A stretch of 64,000 bases of DNA, taken from assembly GCF_964204645.1 (NCBI RefSeq), contig NC_134025.1:620001-684000 (forward strand). The letters are read 5' to 3'. How positions within the stretch are numbered: the first letter of the stretch is position 1; each line of letters begins with the position of its first letter. This DNA is from Tubulanus polymorphus (Eukaryota; Animalia; Nemertea). Below, in pieces: positions 38,801 to 48,826 of this stretch. The position numbers were made by a program, and so were the translations under genes. The notes below the pieces were generated by a model, which worked only from the letters and a program-made list of their open reading frames with translations, was not told the origin of the DNA and searched no databases.

Positions 38801-41800
38801 GTTGGTTTTTACTGAATTTTTGCGTTGATTGAAATTTCAGCTGAAGTTCCAGGAAAGCGTAGTTAAAGATCATGAAAATGCTATTGTGAGATTGGAAGAG
38901 GAAAATGTTCGTTTGGCCAAGGTAAATAATAGTAAAACAAGGTTTCATTGTGTCAGGTTAAATTTTCCTCAGTTCAGTTCCAATGTTATAACTATTGAGT
39001 AAAATTTGTACTATGGCTATAAGACTGGTCTCTAAATTCTCTAATTTGTAAGTGAATCTGTTTCAGGATTATGAAGAAAGACAACTACAGTGGGAGCAGA
39101 GAGAGGTGGAATTGGAGAGAATTATAGCTAATATGGAACAGACTCAAGCTGAAATAGCAGGAGCAGCAGCTGAGTTTGAATCAGCTGCGGGATGTTTACC
39201 GGATCCAACTCTTTCACTCCCTAATCAACTCGATCAGGCTATACTAACTATCAAACGCAATGTGAAGACAATTCTAGAAGCTCAATCTGAATCTAAAGTT
39301 ATGAGAAAGGTTTGTTCTATATTCCTACGACAATTACAGGGGTCTGAGTACTTAGAAGAATAGTGATGATATGTAAAACATTCTAGAATATTTTGATCCA
39401 CTTTTTATACGATAAACCGCAGAGCTCAGAATGTCCTTTGCGATTTTAATAACAGGAGTTTGGTGAATGATTTTCTATCCGTATTTCCCCACAGAAATCC
39501 ACAGATTTAGAAGCTAAAGTGAAAGAATTGGATAAAGCGTTGACGACTAAAGATCGAGTAATAGCTGAATTGAGATTGAGAATGCCAGCGACTCCGGGAA
39601 GAGACGAGGTTATAATGAAAGCAATGCACAACGCTGAAAAACAAGTCACTCAGGAGGACGAATATGAGGCTCATCAGGCTTTGAAGATAGCTCAGTCAAC
39701 TGTTGGCAGTTTACAGGTAAAATATCAATTAGTCATTAAGATATTCTGAATTCAGTTCCACAGTTGTGACTTAGAGTTAACTCTGAACTCAGGATCCAGT
39801 TCCACTGTGAGTTATGGTTAACTCTTGAATTGGGATAAGTTTATTTTCATGAGTTGAGTCGAATCTGATAACAGTGGAACCAGGATACATTTCAACAGTG
39901 TTCTTTTGGCCGTTGTAGAAATATTTACATGAGTGAAAAATACTAATGACCAAAGTTTCCTTTGAAATCATCTCTTTGTTTGCGACAAATTAAATACAAG
40001 AATGTAGACATTTAGAAATTGCTGGAATGAATTTGTTGAAGGAATGAATTTATTGATGATTGTTTAATTGAAGGCTCGAATCGCCCAAAAAGATGAAACG
40101 ATCCAAAAATATCAAGATCTATTAAAACAAGCTCGTGAGGATATTCAAGAAATGAGCAGAAGACATTCCGAAGAGATGAATCTCATGCATAGTAAAGTAC
40201 AAACTAAAGCCGACCACGCGTTCAGTAAATTCAAACAGGTCGCCGTAGATTTAATCAATAAACCAGGAATCGATCAACCATCCAATCGTCAGTTAGCCAG
40301 ATTGAATGAACTGGAGGATATGGTCGCGGAGCAGGATAATTCGTTATCGGCTCTTACCGAGAAATTACGACAATCGAGATTAGAAACAGACTCATGGAAG
40401 GCGAAGCTCGATCAGATGATGAAATCAATGACTAGAGATAAAGACAAGTAAGGAACTGATTTCAAATATACCCAGTAGCTAGCTGCTGAAATCTATGATT
40501 TATTAGTGAATTATTTGTACCTCTGTCCTCAGGATCCACTTGTCTTCCACAGTCCTAGCCAATGTTTGACTCTAGTCAGAATTTGTTCATTCCAATGTTT
40601 TAATTCAAATCTTACCCATAACCTGTAGAACTGGATCCTGTGTTCTCCAGTCAAAATCAACAATAGTCTCTTAGTAAGGTAGTAAGTGCTGTAGGTGATT
40701 GCAGCAATTTTCAATATTTTGAGACCACCAACTAAAAGCCTCAAGAATGAATGCAGCACCTCTTAAAATTTAGCAAACACAGAATCGCTGTAGTTTGATA
40801 TTTTGCTTGATTTTAGTTTGTTGGCCGAACAAGCATCGGAGAAAGCAAAACTAAACGGAGTGATCGGACAAAGAGAGCAAGAAATCATCGGTTTGAACAA
40901 GAAAATCGACGGAATAAATATTGAATTAAAGAATCAAAAAGAAGCGAACGCTCGAGCTCCGACTTCAACGATGAAAAACCTCGTGGAAAAACTGAAAAAT
41001 CAGTTGTCAATGAAAGAGAAACAACATAAGGTAAAATGTCGAAAATTTTGAAAGCAAGATCTTATTTTATTCATGAAACTACCATTCTTTTAGCCATAGT
41101 ACAAATTTTACTCAATAGTTATAACATTGGAACTGAACTGAGGAAAATTTAACCTGACACTATGCAACCTTGTTTTACTATTATTTACTTTGGCCAAACG
41201 AACAATCTCACAATAGCATTTTCATGATTTTTAACTATGCTTTCCTGGAACTTCAGCTGAAATTTCAATCAATACAAATTCAGTCAAAACCATTTTGAAA
41301 ACAAGATCTTATTTTATTCGTTAAACTACCAGTGAAGCCCTTGAGGCACATATAAGAATTGCTTTAGTTTGTATTGCATTCTCTGTGTTCTGATTTTCAG
41401 GCATTAAGTAAAGCACTGATGGATCTAAGAGCTGATATGGTAACACAAGCTGAAGTAGCGGTCAAACAAACGGCTGAAGAAACTGCTGCAGAACAAAATG
41501 TACAGAAACTCGTGAATAAACATACTAAAGAATTACAGGTACAAATTACTAGTTACAATCCAGGTCTATAGTTCAATTCAATCCCTTAAATCAATCCATT
41601 TTCAATGAGTCAATTTTTAACTCACATCTGTGCAACTGGGTTCTCGAGTGATGAATGAAAGATTAGTTGATAAAATTGCTATTTGTTTAATTTTTCAGGA
41701 TGAGAACGAAGAATTAAGAGGACAAATCACTCGACATAAGAAAGAATTGAAGAAACGTAAAGATCAAGAGAATCTATTAACATCAGAAATGGAAGAGATT

Positions 41801-44800
41801 AAACATGACCTCAGTTAGTAACGCTTTCAATATTCAATTCTCATAAACAGTGAAATTTGTTTAACTTGTTTTGAATTGGAAATACAAATTGAGTTTGTCA
41901 GTGATTTCATAATTCTTTCTAATCTTCTGCTGCATTCTGAATGATTACATCTTAGACTCTTATTCCATTACACTTGACGAACATCCCATTCAGCTTGAGA
42001 GCTTCGAGGTTCTTGTACAAGTTTCTAATCTGAAATCCCATATTGTCAGAGATGTTGCTTTTGATGTGAAATAAAGAAAGGCTTTATTTTATTCACAGGT
42101 CGTAAAGAGACGACGATCACGAGATTAAAAACAGATAAACAAAAACTAGAACAAGAAATTGAAGAATTGGAGAAAAAGTTGGATCGATTGAGGAATATAA
42201 AACAACCGGCTCCGGGAGAAGCCGAGGCTAAAGAGATCGACGAACTTAAACGCAAAAATCGACTTCTCGAAGATGAGTTAAAACGCAAACAAATTCAGGC
42301 AGAAAAACCATTCGAACATAAAGAGACAAAGGTAAGAAAATGTTTTATTATTTGATGACTGTGCAGAGTTATAGTAATGGTTGCCGATTGACTGCGGTAG
42401 GTGTTTTTCCTGGCATCTGGTGGATTCTTAACTTTGTGAAACTACTGCAGTCACAAGGGACCCTGTTGATTGTGGATCTATCATAAGCAGGTTTTGATCG
42501 AGCTCTATCAATTCTCTTCTGGTAATCTGTAAACCTGATAGAAGCGGCCGGTAGAGAGTTAGTAATCTGTAAACCTGATAGAAGCGGCCGGTAGAGAGTT
42601 TGTAATCTGTAAACCTGATAGAAGCGGCCACGGTAGGGAGGTTTTAATCTGTAAACCTGATAGAAGCGGCCGGTAGAGAGTTAGTAATCTGTAAACCTGA
42701 TAGAAGCGGCCACGGTAGAGAGTTTGTAATCTGTAAACCCGATAGAAGCGGCCGGTAGAGAGTTTGTAATCTGTAAACCTGATAGAAGCGGCCACGGTAG
42801 GGAGGTTTTAATCTGTAAACCTGATAGAAGCGGCCGGTAGAGAGTTAGTAATCTGTAAACCTGATAGAAGCGGCCACGGTAGAGAGTTTGTAATCTGTAA
42901 ACCTGATAGAAGCGGCCGGTAGAGAGTTTGTAATCTGTAAACCTGATAGAAGCGGCCGGTAGAGAGTTTGTAATTTTGTTATTCAGCCTTTACATCTGTT
43001 TGTATGTATTGAAATTAACTTGAAGCTGGCTGTTTTTCAAACAGAATGAAAGTGAAACAGTTGCTCGATGGGAAGAGGGAAAACGATGGCAAAAAACAGT
43101 CGACCGTTTAAAACTAAGAATCAAAGATAAAGATCACGAACTGGAGAAAATTAGTAAACAATTAGAAATGGCACGAAATGGTTTAGAGAGGTACGAGACC
43201 CACAAAATTGAAGATTTAATAATCAATTTAATTACATGTTATCCACCTTTAAGTGGAAATTCTTGTTAACAATCGAGTCAGTTCAGTATTGTTTATTTGA
43301 AACAGGGCGAATAAAGACAAAGATCAGTTGGAAATGAAGTTAAAAGGGAAACCAGTAGAGGATAAAATCTCAGCTGTATCAGCAACAAGAGTCATGGGAA
43401 AACCTGCTCATAATATGCAAGATTTGAAAAAACAAAACTATGAATTAGAAGAAGAGGTATGTATATGTGTGAATATCACGAAAATAACAATCTCACAGAA
43501 ATTAGGGTAGATCTCAGTGAACCATGTCAGTGTTTTGAAGCTATAGTCAGTGTGGTGTAGTATAGTGTATACACTCACTGTGTTAGATAGAACAGTGTAA
43601 GATCAGTATGGATTTATATAATCGTTCTTATTACTGGAAATTGATTGATCAAGAGGTTTGTTTCATTATTACATCTTTATTCTACATCTCTCTGTCAGGT
43701 AAAATGTCACGTGTCAGGATAACACTGTGATTGGCAGTTAAGGTTGCATGTCACATGTGGCTGTGAGTGGCTTCAATACTCATGTCACATGTGGTCAGCT
43801 GACCCTAGGGTTAGGGTTTCATTGGCTGCTATCACAGGTAGTCAGCTGACCCTAGGGTTAGGGTTTGATTGGCTAGGGTTGTGATGTCACAGGTGATCAG
43901 CTGACCTAGGGTTAGGGTTTGATTGGCTGCTGGGGTTGTGATGTCACAGGTGGTCAGCTGACCTAGAGTTAGGGTTTGATTGGCTGGCTTTGGGTACACA
44001 TCTGTCTGCTATCAATGACAATACAATTTATCCTTGATAAATTTGTAAATAAGAATTTCATAAACTTATAAACAAGACTTATTGTAAATCAATATTATAT
44101 TATATCTAGACTTGATGTTTGATTAAGTGGTCACACAGTTGTCAGTTAGAATTAGTACGTTTTCGATTATTTAACTCTGTAGAACTTGGTTCTTATTAAT
44201 CTAAAATACAGATAGGCTTTTCACATTTAACAGTGAATTGATAAAACCAGTATCAATGGCCAAACTCAGTAGCCCTGACTCTGTTTAATAAATATAGAGA
44301 TATTAAGGTTGGTCCTGATACTACATGTTGTTTAATCCATTTATTATCAAATTTGACAAACCCCTGTGCTCTGGACTATACATGTAGACAAATAGTCCAC
44401 GGTGAAAGTTTTAGCATACGATAAACTAAATAACAACTGTTTGATTAGGTGTCCAATCTGAAGAGACAGTTGGCGCTAGGTCGTGACGGAGCATTCGAAG
44501 ATCTACAGAAAAAGAATCGTTTTCTGACGGAGAAATTGGAGGATTTGGAACGACAGACGGCGCGACGTGCTTTAAACGGAACTGCAGGGTCGGAGTCGGA
44601 GCAGGCGTACAGAGATTTATTAGAACGAGAACAGAAATTACATAAACAACTTCTAAAACAATCAGAAGAGAATATTGAACTGAAGTTTGAAGTTGAACAA
44701 GCGAATAAAGACATCCCTAGATTGAAAGTAAGTGATTCTAAATCCTTTAAAAGAACTACTGCACCTTAATACAAGTTTATTTCATGTGTTGATATGAAAT

Positions 44801-47323
44801 ATATTTCAGAGTCGAATTCAAGATTTACAAAATTACATCGATTTGATAAAAGCTGAAAATGCGAATCTACAGGGAACATCACGATCTTTGGGTTCATCAT
44901 CCGGAGGACTGCGAAGGGTAAGAATATATTGTTTCAGAATTCAGATTATTTGATTAATTCAAACATTTAGTCAGAATTATTGACGATGATGTTTTTCTAG
45001 TTGGGAGAAAGTGGAAAAAGTAATCGAGAATTGGAAAAAACGATCGCTTTATTGAAGAAAGTTGTAGAAAGAGTTCAACAAGAGAACGAGCGATTGAAGA
45101 AAGCGCCGGGTGTTGTTTCCAATGAAACATTACAACATTTACACGCTGAAAATGATGGACTCAAGGTAAGCATAATTCATCGATAATCATAATGATTAAA
45201 TTTCGTTTATTTCTAATAATAATGATAATGATAATAATTCATTTGCTAATATAGCTTATAGAAAAAATCTCTGCGCTTTACATCACAAGAGAAAATTATA
45301 AATCATTTTAAAACAAACCACACAATGAGCAAAAAATAGTTTAGAAATAAGCCAATTTATAAATATAGGTTTTAAGTTCGGATTTTAAACAATGAAATGA
45401 TGAACATACATTCTCTTAATTCACTGGGGAATGGAAGTCCATAGACTGGGTGCATAGAACCCTAGAGCCACAAACAAGCTCTAGGTAAAAGAAAGTTTTG
45501 TCACTTCTCATAGTTGAGAAAAAGAGTGAAAGTTTCCTGTGAATGGGTTTAATTTCAGACTCAGTTGACAGATCTGCGTCAGACGGTCGGTGCGTCTTTA
45601 ACCGAACGCTATGAGAGCACTCAACGTGGAACTGCTAAAATGATGTCCGATTACGAAAAACTTCGTAAAGATTATCAAAAAGAGGTTCACAACGCTGAGA
45701 AACTACAAGTGGAGAAACGACAGTTAGAAATAACGAAGGAACAGTTGGAGAAAGAGGTGTCGAATATGAAAGGGATGTTGGAAATACAGGATGCGAAACG
45801 CTCCACGAGTATGTCTGGATTAGATAGTAAAGGTTGGAGAACGGCGGTATCTACTCGGATGTACGAGGAAAAACTCAAATCTATCGAAGCCGATCTAGAA
45901 AAAAAGGTTCGTTCATCTTAAATCTACTAAGTGGAAACTAGCAACACTGTTGTGCCACGTGAAATTTCGATTGAACAAAAAAAAATTGAGATCAAAGTTT
46001 ATTGAAAATGAACTGATTTTGCATGTCTGATATCTCAGAGGCGCTCTATTTCTCGGGATAGCTGGTTGCCCATTCTCGCCTTATCGTATTCAGGACCCCT
46101 GGTTTCATAAATTGTAATTGATTCTCGTAACATTTTTTTTTAGACGTCACTTTTACAAGATTCTAAAGCTTTATTACGAGATTCGGCCGAAAGAGAACAA
46201 AAATTGATCCATGAAAATGAACAATTGAAGGATAAGGTATGTAAAGGTTGCCAGGGTTATGTCGTGGTCTAACAATGGGGTTTATTGATTATTTGTGCGT
46301 AATTGTATCTGTTTATTGATTGATTCCTCTCTAGGTGAATATATTGGAGAATTTCCCGTCTGGTACCATGGTTACGGATAATGATTTGATGAAACAATTT
46401 CAACAATCTCGATTAAAACTTGAGCGATTGGAAAACGAGAAACAGGAATTATTGTATGAAGTGACTCGTTTACAGCAACAAACAGGAGCTTCATCTACTG
46501 AAAAGGTACTGTCCTAATCATTCAACATGTTCACGTTAATCATGACATCCTTAACAAGGATCAGTGCTCTCTCTCTCTGGTCAATTCAATCTTCAAATCC
46601 AGGGGCTGCAGTTGCTGAAACTGTGGTTAAAGATAACCGATGGATAATTACCGTAGTAACAATGGACTTTTAATTATCACTATGTCAACTATCCACCGGT
46701 TACCTTTAACCAACTTTGAGCAACTGCCCGCTGGGCGTTAGCAGTCAGTCATTCATAATAAAGGGGTCTCATCATGTGTTAGAATCTTGGTCAGCAATCA
46801 GACAGTCTTATATCAATCCATGGTTTATGGGTCCAAATCCTGGTGGTAGCAGTATCTGCAGGTCAAAGTCTTTGGCCTCTCCCCCCTCTAGGAAAAGAAG
46901 TATATTCCTGTTAAAACTGATTGGCCCTCATTTGGTTTGGGGAATGGAAAACAACTTGTAATGAGTTAGAATTAGGTCCTGAGTTAACTTCCGGTAACTC
47001 TGTACTGATCAATAAGAGAGGTTTGTTTTATTTCTAATTTTTAGCCGACCGATGACATGCTTCACAGACTTCACGACGCTGACAAGATTTTCAAGGAAAA
47101 CGTAGATTTACGAGTTCAATTGAAATCGGTACAATTAGACTACAATAAATCAACGATCGAAATCGAGAAATTACGCAAAGAACTTTCAAACTTCGGTCCG
47201 GAATTCTTCGAAGAAATCGAAGATTTGAAATATAACTATCGAGAATCTGTGCAGAAAAATGTTCAATACGAAGATAGATTGTCTCAAATATCAGAACAAT
47301 TCGGTATTTCTATAAAACTATAA
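29815..47323 (+). CDS. CEP290: Centrosomal protein CEP290 (long coiled-coil ciliary transition-zone protein), about 50 exons
   Basis: N-terminus MAPFDWDRVMGMDPE; internal conserved motifs YELGEYGL.EAV.EIK, ENEELR.RLG, LRVNEK.L.R.Y, KITMLEMKE.NER.RAEH, RRQFSGAVPL..QEKF, ARWEEGK.WQ; C-terminal FGPEFFEEIEDLKYNY. GT-AG exon chain from 29815 to the stop at 47323. Confidence 0.95.
33796..33902. mobile_element. MITE family A, best-preserved copy
   Basis: TIRs with CTG on both flanks (33793-95, 33903-05), consistent with a 3-bp CWG Harbinger-type TSD. Confidence 0.85.
41046..41331 (-). other. Inverted duplicate of a CEP290 exon plus flanks (source ~38803-39029) inserted between 39-bp direct repeats
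   Basis: 41081-41292 is the reverse complement of ~38803-39029 with a 13-nt deletion and scattered substitutions. Direct repeats at 41046-41084 and 41293-41331. Confidence 0.92.
42522..42974. repeat. 40-42-bp minisatellite (~11 copies) in a CEP290 intron
   Basis: Unit gtaatctgtaaacctgatagaagcggccggtagagagtta. Confidence 0.95.
43783..43986. repeat. Tandem ~50-55-bp repeat (4 copies) containing (TTAGGG)2 and a CCAAT box
   Basis: Unit gtcacaggtggtcagctgacc(c)tagggttagggtttgattggct; same core as 27940-28377. Confidence 0.85.
46602..46731. mobile_element. Palindromic MITE (family D)
   Basis: gcagttgctgaaactgtggttaaagataaccg ... cggttacctttaaccaactttgagcaactgc inverted arms. Confidence 0.7.
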
Positions 47324-47908
47324 AAAAATCGGCTCTCAGAGTTAAAATTTCTTGGAGAGCTGATGGATACACTGGGAATCTTAAGTAGTTCAGGGAGGTA
47401 AAAGACTTTTAGGTTGTTAGGGATAAGATTTGTAGTAGTCAAGTAGTTTAGAATCTGTAAATGTAGAAATGTAGAACCTAATTTTTTTGAATTGGTGCAG
47501 ATCTCTTATCGGGATTCAGAAACTTTGTGGCTGGTCCATTAGGTTTGGCCAGCTGGATTGGTGAATGGTAATTTATGTTCCATCCATAAAGACAGAAATA
47601 CTTATAATCTTCGCATATATTTGTTTATCACATATTTACATTTCATGTAATTTCTTAGAAAAAAATAAACTTTAAGTAATTTAAATATAAAAGTTGTGAC
47701 TTCTTAATTAGTCAAAGTGGGAAAAAGTGGATCCACAGACGCAAAAACCCCTATCTGCGAGCGGAACATTTTTTTCTGGTTTTGTTGCAAATTTTAATTC
47801 GCCATATAGGAGATTTAAACGATTAGTCAATGTCCTGGTATCTATTGATCACCAGGCGGGGTTCGAACTCACTGGAGCGGATATGACGTTCGGAAGAAAG
47901 AAGATCAA

Positions 47909-47928
47909 AGAAATTTCTGGAAGCGTCT
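47909..47928 (+). promoter_or_regulatory. Heat shock element upstream of HSP90
   Basis: aGAAa-tTTCt-gGAAg-cgTCt: alternating nGAAn pentamers ~230 nt upstream of the putative TSS. Confidence 0.8.
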
Positions 47929-48159
47929 AGCATATTGAGTAATACGGCTGTATTCGTACACTTCCACGATATAGTTCACAGTCTTTACTCATTACAATAC
48001 ATTCCACGTACAAATGAATACATCTAAATCATCGAATCGAAAAACAAACAATAGGAAACTAATTTTAAAAGCTTTTTAGGTTGTTTGCGTGATGTTTTTG
48101 GGTTCATGAATTATTAGTCATCGCGTAGGAGTAATCTAGAAAAACCCAGATCCCGGCCA

Positions 48160-48170
48160 CTTCCTTTTCC
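48160..48170 (+). promoter_or_regulatory. Pyrimidine tract (5'TOP/TCT-like) at the probable HSP90 transcription start
   Basis: cttccttttcc, ~110 nt before the first donor (48273). Confidence 0.45.
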
Positions 48171-48826
48171 GGTTGAACACGGCGTGGTTTCACATCAGAA
48201 AACTACGACGCTCCGATTAGGACGACGAAATAAGGGCTTCTCTCCTAACCGATCAACTTAACCGAATACATGGTAAGTTTTCATAAATTCACATTAATCT
48301 TAAAACTTTATTTCAGTCTTCTGTAACTGGCATTCGATTTCACAATTTTTATTTCAATTTGGCCGGGCGCCGCGGGCCTCTTTTTGAGTCTTCAAATTTT
48401 ATTTCCACTTTCACTTTATTCAATGTTTTCACAGTTTCTACCTTTACCTTTTTGTCTCTTGTATAGAGGAAAGAACTTTGTATTTTTGAATTGCCTTTAA
48501 ATCGAATGAAAGGGGAAAATATTTCATAAAAAAGTATCATTATCACTTTAGTTCTATTGTCTGCTTTTGGCTTTGTGGTGCCGGTGGATGCAATGCACAA
48601 AAGGGAATCTAACCCTGCTAAATTAATACCACCACTCAGATTTTGAAGGTAATTCCAAACCCCAACCGCTGGATGGTTTGTGGACAGTACCCACCTTTAA
48701 ATATCAATTGATTTTACTCCTCAGATTTCAAATTGCAATAAGGCCTTATGCGCTAAATTCTTGATAATGACCAAATTAAGTGTGAACATTGTTAACACAT
48801 GATGTTGTAATTTCATTATATTCCAG

